From NCBI GenBank assembly GCA_903928565.1, contig CAIYRH010000010.1:41614-105613 (forward strand): a stretch of DNA of 64,000 nucleotides. The letters run 5' to 3'. Shown in pieces: positions 1-9,376 of the stretch (position 1 is the stretch's first letter; every line of letters begins with the position of its first letter). Under the pieces are notes generated by a model. It made no database searches, was not told the origin of the DNA, and saw only the letters and a list, made by a program, of their open reading frames with translations. The stretch comes from Candidatus Staskawiczbacteria bacterium. Its GTDB lineage: Bacteria; Patescibacteriota; Minisyncoccia; Minisyncoccales; Staskawiczbacteraceae. The translations under genes were made by a program, and so were the position numbers.

Positions 1-849
1 TTGCAGGTGCCAAAAAACAGAGATTGTTATGATGCTTCAGCTTGGGGTGAGAACATGGAAATGCATTACGAAACCTGTCTTAGTGGTGGAAACACTTTTA
101 ACTTAAAATTTTCTACTGATTGCTGGCCTAATTGTAAAAATTTAGAATATTGTATAAGTATGTTCAGCTCCACAGATTGTTTTGCTTGCGTTGGAATGAA
201 AAAAGCACAATATTGTATTTTAAACAAACAATACACCAAAGACGATTATTTTGCCCTTGTCGAAAAAATAAAAAAACAAATGGATGAAATGCCTTATGTT
301 GATAAAAAGGGAAGGGTGTATAAGTATGGTGAATTCTTCCCAATAGAACTTTCATGTTTTGGCTACAATAATACAACTACATTTCAATATTTTCCAATGA
401 CAAAAGAAAAAGCGGAAGAAAATGGCTACCCTTGGGTTGAAATACCTCGTGGAAAATATAATATTACTAAAAACACTTCTGACCTACCAGATGCCATTAG
501 TGATGTTGATGAAAGCATTGTTGGCGAGGTTATTGAGTGCGAAAATTGCAAAAACCCATATAAGATTTTAAACGATGAATTTAATTTTTATAAAAAGGAA
601 AAAATTCCATTGCCAACTTTGTGCGACGAATGTCGTTTTGTAAGACGCATAAGCGACAGGTTAAAATTTGAATTGTATGAAAGAGCTTGTATGTGCGCTG
701 GGGAAAAAGATGAAACCGGCAAATATAAAAATAATATAAAACATACTCATAATGACCAACATTGTGGCGAGAAGTTTAAAACTGGCTATAGCCCAGAAAG
801 AGGAGAAATAATTTATTGCGAGCAGTGTTACCAACAAGAGGTATATTAA
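1..849 (+). CDS. Cys-rich multi-zinc-ribbon protein, paralog A (5' end lies outside the window)
   Basis: The frame is open from base 1. It aligns with the C-terminal halves of the next two ORFs (FACVGMKKAQYCILNKQYTKDDY box, CxxC pairs, tail EIIYCEQCYQQEVY). Confidence 0.75.
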   Translation: MQVPKNRDCYDASAWGENMEMHYETCLSGGNTFNLKFSTDCWPNCKNLEYCISMFSSTDCFACVGMKKAQYCILNKQYTKDDYFALVEKIKKQMDEMPYVDKKGRVYKYGEFFPIELSCFGYNNTTTFQYFPMTKEKAEENGYPWVEIPRGKYNITKNTSDLPDAISDVDESIVGEVIECENCKNPYKILNDEFNFYKKEKIPLPTLCDECRFVRRISDRLKFELYERACMCAGEKDETGKYKNNIKHTHNDQHCGEKFKTGYSPERGEIIYCEQCYQQEVY

Positions 850-853
850 ATTT

Positions 854-2590
854 ATGGAACAAGAAACAAAAACACATTCGACAGGCTCAGTGCGGGCTTG
901 TCAAAATTGTAAACAAGACTTTAACATAGAGCCCGATGATTTTGCATTTTACGAAAAAATGAAGGTGCCGGCACCAACTTGGTGCCCAGAATGTCGGCTT
1001 ATCAAGCGCCTGCAGTGGAGAAACGAAAGGAGCCTTTTCAAAAGAAAGTGTAATTTGTGTGGTCAAGATAAAATTTTAATCTATTCTCCTGATTCTCCAT
1101 ATACAGTTTATTGTTATTCATGCTGGTGGTCCGATAAATGGGATGCCGTGTCTTATGAAAAAAATTATAATTTTTCTAAACCATTTTTTGAGCAATTTAA
1201 AGAGTTATTTTTGAAAGTTCCTCGGCTTGGGATCATCCAACAAGGTAAGAATTTAGACAGCGATTATACGAATAGAGCCAGCGACAATAAAAATTGTTAT
1301 CTTATATTCGCAGCTAATGACAACGAAAATTGTTCTTATGGAAATGTAATTTGGACATCAAAAGATAGCTTAGATAATTATAGTCTCCATTCTTCGGAAT
1401 TATGTTTTGAATGCATTAATTGTGTTGAATGTAACCGTCTGATGTACTCTCAAGAATGCAATAGTTGTACAAACTCTACATTTTTGCTTAACTGTAAAAA
1501 TTGTTCCGACTGCTTTGGGTGTGTTAATTTGCGTAATAAAAATTATTGTATTTTTAATGAACAGCTTACAAAAGAAGATTATAAAAATCGTTTAGCTGAA
1601 TTTAAATTAAACAGCAGGGATGGTGTTGAAAAAATACAACAGAAATTTGATGAGTTTAAGAAGAAGTTTATAGTTCCGGCTATTATTGAAAATCACAGCA
1701 CTGATGTTTCTGGAAATTGGATTGAAGAGTGCAAAAATGTAAAAGATAGTTTTAATTGCGGGAATGTCGAAGATGGCAAGTATTTGTTTGGAGTGTACGA
1801 GGCGAAAGATGTTATGGATTATACATATTGGGGTAGTGCGTCAGAATTAATTTATGAATGCTCTAGCATTGGTCGACAATGCTCACAAGTGCTTTTTTCT
1901 AACGAATCGTGGGATCAATTAATCCGCGCTCAATACTGCTCAAATTGTCATAGCTCTTCTGATCTATTCGGTTGTGTAGGTTTGCGTAAAAAACAGTATT
2001 GCATTTTAAATAAACAATACAGCAAAGAGGAATATAAGGAGCTTTTGCCAAAGGTTATAGAACACATGAACCAGATGCCATATAAAGATTCTTTGGGAGA
2101 GGAATGGCGTTATGGTTCGGCATTTCCGGTTGATATTCATGCTTTTGCGTATAATGAGACCGCTGCTCAAGAATATTTTCCGACTACAAAAGAGGAAGCG
2201 ATTAAAAAAGGATATAAATGGGTAGATTTTGCGGCCAAAAATTATAAAATTACTTTAAAATCAGAAGATGTGCCGAGCTCAATTGATGAAGTTGATGAAA
2301 AGATTTTGAATGAAGTTGTGGGTTGTGCTCACGAAGGGAAATGCAATCACCAATGCACCGAAGCTTTTAAAATTACCTCTAGTGATTTAAATTTTTATAA
2401 ACGTATGAATATTCCAGTTCCACAATTATGCCCAAACTGTCGTCATTTTGCCAGGCTCGCGCAACGTACTCCTATTAAACTTTTTGATCGAACTTGTGCT
2501 AAATGTGGAACAGAGATCCAAACCTCTTATGCCCCCGACAGGCTAGAGATAGTTTATTGCAAACAGTGTTATAATTTAGAGGTAGCATAA
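854..2590 (+). CDS. Cys-rich multi-zinc-ribbon protein, paralog B (family not recognised)
   Basis: 578-aa ORF. It has an N-terminal ribbon CQNCKQDFNIEPDDFAFYEKMKVPAPTWCPECR, a central ladder of NC..C/C..C units, and a C-terminal double ribbon ending CKQCYNLEVA. Confidence 0.8.
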   Translation: MEQETKTHSTGSVRACQNCKQDFNIEPDDFAFYEKMKVPAPTWCPECRLIKRLQWRNERSLFKRKCNLCGQDKILIYSPDSPYTVYCYSCWWSDKWDAVSYEKNYNFSKPFFEQFKELFLKVPRLGIIQQGKNLDSDYTNRASDNKNCYLIFAANDNENCSYGNVIWTSKDSLDNYSLHSSELCFECINCVECNRLMYSQECNSCTNSTFLLNCKNCSDCFGCVNLRNKNYCIFNEQLTKEDYKNRLAEFKLNSRDGVEKIQQKFDEFKKKFIVPAIIENHSTDVSGNWIEECKNVKDSFNCGNVEDGKYLFGVYEAKDVMDYTYWGSASELIYECSSIGRQCSQVLFSNESWDQLIRAQYCSNCHSSSDLFGCVGLRKKQYCILNKQYSKEEYKELLPKVIEHMNQMPYKDSLGEEWRYGSAFPVDIHAFAYNETAAQEYFPTTKEEAIKKGYKWVDFAAKNYKITLKSEDVPSSIDEVDEKILNEVVGCAHEGKCNHQCTEAFKITSSDLNFYKRMNIPVPQLCPNCRHFARLAQRTPIKLFDRTCAKCGTEIQTSYAPDRLEIVYCKQCYNLEVA

Positions 2591-2647
2591 ATAATTAATT
2601 AGGTTAACATATGTTAACCTGACAATACACGTGACAGTACAAATAAC

Positions 2648-4342
2648 ATGGAAAATTTAAGCGAAACAAAAGTTTGTCAAAATTGTAAAAAAGACTTTGT
2701 GATTGAGCCTGATGATTTTGCATTTTACGAAAAAATGAAGGTGCCAGCACCTACCTTTTGCCCAGATTGCAGAATGATGCGACGTTTTTTGTGGGCAAGT
2801 AATAGAATTTTATATCGTCAAAAATTTGATTCTGGCGGAGAGGGAATAACGTTTTATCCTCCTGGTAATTTGCATAAAATATATTCGCAAGAAAAATGGT
2901 GGTCTGACGAATGGGACCCCAAATCTTTTGGTAGAGAATATGATTTTTCAAAATCATTTTTTGAGCAGTGGCTCGAGCTTTTCCGAGAAGTCCCACACCC
3001 AACACTTTATACCGCACAATCAACCATGTCCGAAAGTCCTTATTGTAACGGAGCCTCGGAGTTAAAAAATTGCTATCTTTGTTTTAGAAGTGATTTTAGT
3101 GAAAATTGTGCCTATACAAATACAATGTCGAGGAACAAAGATTGTTTTGATGTTGCATTTACGAACGATAGTGAGCTTAGTTACGAGTTAATAAATTCAA
3201 ACAAGTGCTACCGCGCTTTTTGGTCCCAAGATTGTGATGAGTCACATGATATTTGGTTTTCAAAAGATCTTACGGGGTGCTCTAATTGCATTGGCTGTAT
3301 TAATTTAAGGAATCAACAATATCACATACTAAATCAACCGTATACAAAAGAGGAATACATGGAAAAAATTAAAGAATTAAATTTTGGGTCTTTAGAAAAT
3401 ATAAATAATTTTAGAAAAAAAGTACAAGAATTATTTCTTACACAACCTCGCAAGCAATTTCACGGGCGAAAAAATTCGAATGTATCTGGTGATTATATTT
3501 TTAATTCAAAGAATGTGCATAATTCATATATGGGCGGTAATCTGGAAGATGTTAGATATAGCCAATTGCTAAAATCGGGTCCATCGAAAGATGCATATGA
3601 CTATACAATGTTTGGGCTTACTGCCGAGTTGATATATGAATCTGTTTGGGTTGGTCTTACTGCACGAGACGTTAAGTTTAGTTTTTGGAATTATGGCGTG
3701 CATGATTTAGAATATTGCTTTGGTTGTCATGGTTCGGGAAACCTATTTGGTTGCGTTGGGTTAAGAAACTCGGAATATTGTATTTTAAACAAACAATATA
3801 CAAAAGAAGAATATGTAGGGTTGGTTGAGAAAATAAAGAAGCAAATGGCAGAAGTTTCTTATGTTGATTCTAAAAATAATAAATATAATTACGGAGAGTT
3901 TTTTCCAGCTGAATTTTCCCCTTGGGCGTACAACGAAACAAGTGCTTTCGAATTTTTTCCAATTTCTAAAAAAGAGGCAACTGAAAAAGGTTATGCATGG
4001 CGCAACGATAATGAAAAAGATTATAAAGAAGCAACAATTTTGATTGCGGATGATATCAAAAATATTAAAAACGACATTCTTGATGGCATATTAAAATGTG
4101 ACGATTGCGGGAAGAATTATAAATTAATAAAACTTGAGCTTGATTTTTATCGTTTGGTGGGTCTTCCTATACCGAGACAATGCCCTCTTTGTCGCGATAG
4201 GGCCCGTATAAAACAATTAAATCCAATTAAAATTTTTGAGAGCAAATGTGCTAAATGCGAAAAAGATATTGAAACTTCTTATGCACTGGAGCGGCCGGAG
4301 ATTGTCTATTGCGAGAGCTGTTACAACAACGAAGTAGCATAA
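2648..4342 (+). CDS. Cys-rich multi-zinc-ribbon protein, paralog C
   Basis: 564-aa ORF with the same N-terminal ribbon (CQNCKKDFVIEPDDFAFYEKMKVPAPTFCPDCR), the same FGCVGLRNSEYCILNKQYTKEEY box, and the tail CESCYNNEVA. Confidence 0.8.
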   Translation: MENLSETKVCQNCKKDFVIEPDDFAFYEKMKVPAPTFCPDCRMMRRFLWASNRILYRQKFDSGGEGITFYPPGNLHKIYSQEKWWSDEWDPKSFGREYDFSKSFFEQWLELFREVPHPTLYTAQSTMSESPYCNGASELKNCYLCFRSDFSENCAYTNTMSRNKDCFDVAFTNDSELSYELINSNKCYRAFWSQDCDESHDIWFSKDLTGCSNCIGCINLRNQQYHILNQPYTKEEYMEKIKELNFGSLENINNFRKKVQELFLTQPRKQFHGRKNSNVSGDYIFNSKNVHNSYMGGNLEDVRYSQLLKSGPSKDAYDYTMFGLTAELIYESVWVGLTARDVKFSFWNYGVHDLEYCFGCHGSGNLFGCVGLRNSEYCILNKQYTKEEYVGLVEKIKKQMAEVSYVDSKNNKYNYGEFFPAEFSPWAYNETSAFEFFPISKKEATEKGYAWRNDNEKDYKEATILIADDIKNIKNDILDGILKCDDCGKNYKLIKLELDFYRLVGLPIPRQCPLCRDRARIKQLNPIKIFESKCAKCEKDIETSYALERPEIVYCESCYNNEVA

Positions 4343-4363
4343 ATAATAAAAATATTTAATAAA

Positions 4364-5419
4364 ATGCTTAAAACAGTTAAAGAATTAAGTTTAATTAATA
4401 AGCGCATTTTGGTAAGGTGTGATTTTAATGTCCCCCTAGATGAAACTGGAGAAATTATTGATGACTTTAGAATTAAACAAACCATTCCAACTATTAAATA
4501 TTTAATAGAACAAAATTCAAAAATAATTTTAATGAGTCATTTGGGCGAGCCAAATGGTAAAATTATTCCAGAATTAAAGTTAGATAAAGTTGCCGAAAAA
4601 CTTGCGGAATATCTTAGCGTAGAAATTGCTAAAGAAGACGAAAGCGTGGGAGCCGAGGTCGAGGGGCAGAGTAATAATTTAAAGCCTGGAAAAATTTTAT
4701 TATTAGAAAATGTGCGTTTTCACCCAGAAGAAACCGAATTAGTTGACGGAGCTTGCAACATAGAATTTGCAAAAAAACTTTCTTATTTGGGCGACATTTA
4801 TGTAAATGACGCTTTTGGAGTTTGTCATAGAAACAATGCCTCTGTTGCCGGAGTGCCAGAATTTTTACCTCATTGCCAAGGCTTATTATTAGAAAAAGAA
4901 ATTACTGCATTAGATAAAATTATAAAATATCCCCAGAAACCTTTAATTGCAATTGTTGGTGGGAAAAAAGTGGAAACAAAAGTAAAATTTATAAATAACA
5001 TTTCAAAATTTGCCGACTATGTTTTAGTGAGTGGGCTTATTGCAAAAGAAATTACAGACCAAAATATTAAATTTGATTTCCCAGAAAAAATAATAATACC
5101 ATTGGGCGACTTAGACGCTCCAGACATTGATGAGGAATCAACTAAATTGTTTGAAAATAAGATATTGCAGGCGGCCACGGTTGTGTGGAATGGACCTTTT
5201 GGAAAATTCGAAGATTGCAAACATACTAAGGGCACTATTGCTATTGCCACCGCAATAATAAAAAGTAAGGCATTTTCTGTAGTTGGGGGAGGAGAAACTG
5301 TTGAATTTTTAAATAAACAGGGTATTATAAATGAGTTTGGGTGGGTTTCAACCGGTGGCGGGGCAATGCTTAGCTATTTAGCCGGAGAAAAATTGCCAGG
5401 ACTAGAGGCGTTGGAGTAA
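4364..5419 (+). CDS. pgk: phosphoglycerate kinase
   Basis: PGK motifs RCDFNVPLD, LLLENVRFH and a C-terminal STGGGAML. At 351 aa it is somewhat short for the family. Confidence 0.93.
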   Translation: MLKTVKELSLINKRILVRCDFNVPLDETGEIIDDFRIKQTIPTIKYLIEQNSKIILMSHLGEPNGKIIPELKLDKVAEKLAEYLSVEIAKEDESVGAEVEGQSNNLKPGKILLLENVRFHPEETELVDGACNIEFAKKLSYLGDIYVNDAFGVCHRNNASVAGVPEFLPHCQGLLLEKEITALDKIIKYPQKPLIAIVGGKKVETKVKFINNISKFADYVLVSGLIAKEITDQNIKFDFPEKIIIPLGDLDAPDIDEESTKLFENKILQAATVVWNGPFGKFEDCKHTKGTIAIATAIIKSKAFSVVGGGETVEFLNKQGIINEFGWVSTGGGAMLSYLAGEKLPGLEALE

Positions 5420-5427
5420 TTCGCTCG

Positions 5428-5453
5428 GCCCGCCCTGGGCGGGCTTTGCTTTA
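5428..5453 (+). terminator. rho-independent terminator after pgk
   Basis: 7-bp GC stem GCCCGCC/GGCGGGC with loop CTG, followed by TTTGCTTT. It is preceded by the ATTCGCTCGGC box, which also occurs at 21828-21838. Confidence 0.7.
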
Positions 5454-5462
5454 AATTATAAT

Positions 5463-6617
5463 ATGAAAAAAATAAAAAATTTAGAAAAAGCCGCAGAAAG
5501 GATTAAAAAAGCCGTTAATAACAAAGAACGGATTATTTTGTATGGCGACTCTGACATGGACGGCATAACCTCTGTGGTGATTGTGGAAGAAGCCATAAAA
5601 AATTTAGGGGGCCACGTTGATTATTGTTTTTTCCCAGACAGAGAAACCGATGGCTACGGCATTAATTTAAAGGCGTTAGAAATGTTAAAAGATAAAACGC
5701 CCGCTCTTTTAGTAACTCTGGACTTGGGAATAGGAAATTTAGAAGAAGTTGATATTGCAAATAAAATGGGTTTTGAAGTTATAATTGTTGACCACCACGA
5801 AACGCTATTTGGATTGCCTAAGGCCTCAATTATTGTAGACCCAAAACAAAAAGAAGATGCTTACCCATTTAAGGGTCTAGCAAATGTTGGCATTGCATAT
5901 AACCTTTGCATAGAGTTAGTTGGTGAAAATATTTCTGAAAATTTAAAAAATAGCTTTTTAGAATTAGCTGCGCTGGGAACAATTGCCGATATGGTCCCTC
6001 AAATTGAGCAAAACCAAAAAATTATTGAAGAAGGTTTAAGGTCTTTAAAAAATACTTTTCGCCCGGCTTTGAGAGTTTTCCTTGATATTTTGGGAGATGC
6101 CGCTGTTTTTTCCGATTCGTTGCCAAAAATAATTTCAGCATTAAACTCGGCTGAGTCAATAAATTTTGAAAATGAATCTTATAAATTGTTAGTTTGTTCT
6201 GACAAAAAAAAGTGCAAAGAAATGGCCGAAGAGCTTTTGAGTAGAAACCAATTTAAACAAGTTCAAATTAAAAATATTGTTAAGGAAATTGAAAGAAGAA
6301 TTGCCAGTAAACCCGATAAGCCCATAGTTTTTGAAGGCGATCCTTCGTGGAAATTAACACTGGCGGGCTCAGCGGCATCAATAATTTGCAATAAATACGA
6401 CAAACCGGCCTTTATTTTTAAAAAAATGGACAAGGAGTCTTGCGGTTCTGTTAGAAATCCGCACGTTGTAAGCTCTGTAGATGCTATGAAGTCGTGCAAT
6501 GATTTATTAATAACTTATGGTGGGCACTCTATGGCTTCTGGATTTAGAGTTAAAAACGAAAATTTAAAAGAATTTGAAAATTGCCTTAATGATTATTTTA
6601 AAACTCACAGGAATTAA
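5463..6617 (+). CDS. DHH-family phosphoesterase, RecJ-like
   Basis: GDSDMDGITS and IIVDHHE motifs in the RecJ N-terminal arrangement. At 384 aa it is much shorter than full RecJ. Confidence 0.8.
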   Translation: MKKIKNLEKAAERIKKAVNNKERIILYGDSDMDGITSVVIVEEAIKNLGGHVDYCFFPDRETDGYGINLKALEMLKDKTPALLVTLDLGIGNLEEVDIANKMGFEVIIVDHHETLFGLPKASIIVDPKQKEDAYPFKGLANVGIAYNLCIELVGENISENLKNSFLELAALGTIADMVPQIEQNQKIIEEGLRSLKNTFRPALRVFLDILGDAAVFSDSLPKIISALNSAESINFENESYKLLVCSDKKKCKEMAEELLSRNQFKQVQIKNIVKEIERRIASKPDKPIVFEGDPSWKLTLAGSAASIICNKYDKPAFIFKKMDKESCGSVRNPHVVSSVDAMKSCNDLLITYGGHSMASGFRVKNENLKEFENCLNDYFKTHRN

Positions 6618-6619
6618 AA

Positions 6620-7534
6620 ATGGCTAATCAAAAGGAAATAGAGGCAATGTACGATTGGGTGGACTATTTTCACGTTTTGAGGCTAGGAGACTACGCTGAT
6701 TTTACGTGTGCCTTATTTGATGGAGATTTTAGTAAAACATTAAATCAAGCTCAAAAAGATAAACACGAGTATGTGCTTGGCGGTTTGCATTTTAAAGCAG
6801 GCGACAGAATTTTAGATATTGGGTGCGGGTGGGGGCCAATGTTAAATTATATTAGAGAACGCGGTGGAAAAGGCGTGGGCTTTACGCTTTCAAGTGCACA
6901 AAATAAATATAATGTAAGTAAGGGTCTAGACTCTCGTTTGCAAGACTACAAAACAGTGAAGCCACAAGATGTTGGTCAATTTGACGGGGTGGTTTCAATT
7001 GGTGCGCTTGAACATTTTTGCTCTATAGAAGATTTTAAAGCAGGTAAGCAAGAAGAGATTTATAAAAACTTTTTTAAATTTTGTAGCGACGTTTTACCCA
7101 AGGGTGGGAGACTGTATTTGCACATGATGATTTGGGGTAAAAAAGTGCCAAACCCAGATAGTTTTAGTTTAAATGCTCCAGAAGGATCTGAAGAGAAAAT
7201 TATGGCACGTACTATAAAATTTTATCCTGGTTCGTGGTTGCCCGCTAGTAAAGAACAATTAATTAAATGTGCCGAGCCTTATTTCAATTTTATTTCAACA
7301 AAAAATGGACGTTTAGATTATATTGAAACGTTAAAAAGATGGGGCGACTGGTCTTCTATTTGGGGTTCGCCCATTAAAACATTTAAGGCACTTTGGGGTT
7401 ATATAAAATTGTTACCAAAACTTTTTGACCCAAATTTTAGGACGCAGTTGGCCTTCTTGCGCCATAGCGACCAGTCTGCAATTTTTAAAAAGGAAATTTT
7501 TACTCACGAAAGAATGTTTTTTGAAAAAAAATAA
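6620..7534 (+). CDS. class I SAM-dependent methyltransferase, cyclopropane-fatty-acyl-phospholipid-synthase-like
   Basis: SAM motif I ILDIGCGWGPM, and an overall CFA-synthase-like layout. Confidence 0.75.
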   Translation: MANQKEIEAMYDWVDYFHVLRLGDYADFTCALFDGDFSKTLNQAQKDKHEYVLGGLHFKAGDRILDIGCGWGPMLNYIRERGGKGVGFTLSSAQNKYNVSKGLDSRLQDYKTVKPQDVGQFDGVVSIGALEHFCSIEDFKAGKQEEIYKNFFKFCSDVLPKGGRLYLHMMIWGKKVPNPDSFSLNAPEGSEEKIMARTIKFYPGSWLPASKEQLIKCAEPYFNFISTKNGRLDYIETLKRWGDWSSIWGSPIKTFKALWGYIKLLPKLFDPNFRTQLAFLRHSDQSAIFKKEIFTHERMFFEKK

Positions 7535-7538
7535 TATT

Positions 7539-7778
7539 ATGGATGGAACTTTAAGGCAAAATATTAAAATTGGCGGGGAAGTGGACATTGTATTAAAAAA
7601 AGATCAACCAACAGGTAAAATAACTCACGGAAAAGTTAAAGACATTTTAACTGGCGATAGTCAGCACCACCGCGGAATTAAAGTAAGATTAGAAGATGGA
7701 CAAGTGGGCCGTGTGCAAAAAATTTATCCAAAATTTCCAGAAATAAACGGAGTTGAATACCAAGAAGGTTTAACATAA
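7539..7778 (+). CDS. YwbE-family small protein
   Basis: The internal ATG at 7539 gives MDGTLRQNIKIGGEVDIVLKKDQPTGKITHGKVKDILT...HHRGIKVRLEDGQVGRVQKI, typical of YwbE/DUF2196. The longer ORF from 7425 overlaps the upstream gene. Confidence 0.8.
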   Translation: MDGTLRQNIKIGGEVDIVLKKDQPTGKITHGKVKDILTGDSQHHRGIKVRLEDGQVGRVQKIYPKFPEINGVEYQEGLT

Positions 7779-7785
7779 TGAACGA

Positions 7786-8229
7786 ATGAAAAAAATAATT
7801 GTTTATACAGATGGCGGAAGCAGGGGCAACCCCGGCAAGGCAGCAATTGGAGTTGTCTTTTGCAACGAAAACAACTTAGCAATAAAGAAATTTAACGAAT
7901 ATTTAGGAGATAATTTAACAAATAATGACGCGGAATATAAGGCAATTATTTTTGCACTAAAAAAATTCAAGGCGGTTTTTGGAAAAGCTTTGGCCCAAGA
8001 TACAGATTTGGAAGTAAGGGCAGACTCGGAATTAGTGGTGAAACAACTAAACGGAGACTATAGATTAACCGACCCAAAGATTCAGCAATTTTTTATTGAA
8101 ATATGGAATTTGAAATTTGATTTTAAGTCGGTTAAATTTAAACATATTTCTCGTGAAAGAAATAAAGAAGCCGACAAGATGGTAAATGAGGCGCTTGACC
8201 AAGAAGCCAGTGCTAAACCATTACTTTAG
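7786..8229 (+). CDS. rnhA: ribonuclease HI
   Basis: YTDGGSRGNPG, NNDAEYKAIIFAL and RERNKEADKMVNEAL match the RNase H catalytic DEDD layout. Confidence 0.85.
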   Translation: MKKIIVYTDGGSRGNPGKAAIGVVFCNENNLAIKKFNEYLGDNLTNNDAEYKAIIFALKKFKAVFGKALAQDTDLEVRADSELVVKQLNGDYRLTDPKIQQFFIEIWNLKFDFKSVKFKHISRERNKEADKMVNEALDQEASAKPLL

Positions 8230-8246
8230 GTTAATGAATAATTTTC

Positions 8247-8275
8247 TTGACAAAAGCGCGTATTTTAGTATTATA
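8247..8275 (+). promoter_or_regulatory. sigma70-type promoter of rnpB
   Basis: TTGACA (8247-8252), 16-17 nt spacer, TATTAT/ATTATA (8269-8275). The P1 helix of RNase P RNA starts 4-6 nt downstream. Confidence 0.75.
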
Positions 8276-8278
8276 AAG

Positions 8279-8640
8279 GTGTCTTAGCAAGATGAGTGAT
8301 TGCTCTAAACGCAAGTTTGGAGAGGAAAGTCCGAACACCAACGTCCCTCACGGGAGTTAAAATAATAGCGGCTAACGGCCGTCCGCAGTAATGCGCGAGG
8401 TGCGAACAGAAACGCCGAGCTCGAAAGAGTGAGGCGCCCGGTCGTATGACCGGGCGATTCCAATTGCAAGATTGGACTGAAACGGCTAAATCCTTATTGG
8501 GCGCAAGAACAAAGCAGAAAATTGGGTTAAATACATCTCGAGATTCTGTTAAAAGTAGTTCGCTTGATTCCGGCAGTAATGTCGTGAACAGACAGATAAT
8601 CACATAATACAAAATTCGGCTTATAGTCTTGCTAAGACAC
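8279..8640 (+). ncRNA. rnpB: RNase P RNA (bacterial type A-like)
   Basis: Universal P4 strands GAGGAAAGTCCGAAC and ACAAAATTCGGCTTATAG. The P1 helix is formed by 5' GTGTCTTAGCAAGA and 3' TCTTGCTAAGACAC. The block is G+C-rich in an AT-rich context, and the 127-aa minus-strand ORF over it is a shadow. Confidence 0.9.
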
Positions 8641-8668
8641 AAAAAAATCGACAATCGTCGGTTTTTTT
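8641..8668 (+). terminator. terminator after rnpB (weak stem)
   Basis: A7-TCGAC-AATC-GTCGG-T7: a short stem flanked by complementary A and T runs. Confidence 0.5.
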
Positions 8669-8701
8669 GTTAATATAAATCATTATTTAACTCATCAAGT
8701 T

Positions 8702-9376
8702 ATGAATGCAATTAAAGAGGTTAATGGTCTAACTTTTGAACGCAGAGCGGTAAAAACTCGCTTGTTAAATTTTGGTGATGATTTATTACAAGCTATACAA
8801 GAATATGTTTTGCCACTAAAACAAGAGGGCGATTGGTTGGCAATATCGGAGAAGGTTGTTTCGGTTTGTCAAAATAATGTGCGGCACATTAACACTGTAA
8901 AAGCGGGTTGGCTAGCTACTACAATTGTTAAATATGTTAAAAAGTATCCAAAAGATATTGGCTATTCACGTGCAGAAAAAATGCAAGTTGCGGTGGAAAT
9001 GGCCGGGCGCCCTAGAATGGTTTTAGCAATAATTTTAGGAGTGTTGGGTAAAGCAGTGGGCATTAAGGGTGTTTTTTGGATGGTGGCAGGCAATAGGGTC
9101 TCCGAAATTGACGGCTTTAACCCCGATGCAATGTGGCCTTATACAGAATATGCAATTTTGCCTCCAAAAAATCCCCAACAACTTTGTAACAACATAGAAC
9201 AAAAATTGAAAATTCCAACGGTTATTATTGATGGCAATAACATAAACGTAAAAATTATTTCAATGAGCAGGGGAGTGCCAGTAAATAAAAAAATGGCCAG
9301 ATTGTCTTTGCTAGACAACCCAATGGGACAAGACGATGAAATGACGCCATTTATTTTAGTCCATAAAAATGTTTAA
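8702..9376 (+). CDS. F420-0:gamma-glutamyl-ligase-like (CofE-like) domain protein, putative
   Basis: 224-aa ORF. The segment EGDWLAISEKVVSVCQNN resembles the CofE-family core. This is a weak by-eye assignment. Confidence 0.4.
   Translation: MNAIKEVNGLTFERRAVKTRLLNFGDDLLQAIQEYVLPLKQEGDWLAISEKVVSVCQNNVRHINTVKAGWLATTIVKYVKKYPKDIGYSRAEKMQVAVEMAGRPRMVLAIILGVLGKAVGIKGVFWMVAGNRVSEIDGFNPDAMWPYTEYAILPPKNPQQLCNNIEQKLKIPTVIIDGNNINVKIISMSRGVPVNKKMARLSLLDNPMGQDDEMTPFILVHKNV

Noticed and set aside
8271-8654. 127-aa minus-strand ORF
   Set aside because: It lies entirely within the RNase P RNA gene, whose conserved P4 strands and P1 helix are present on the + strand. The ORF is a by-product of the G+C-rich structured RNA.
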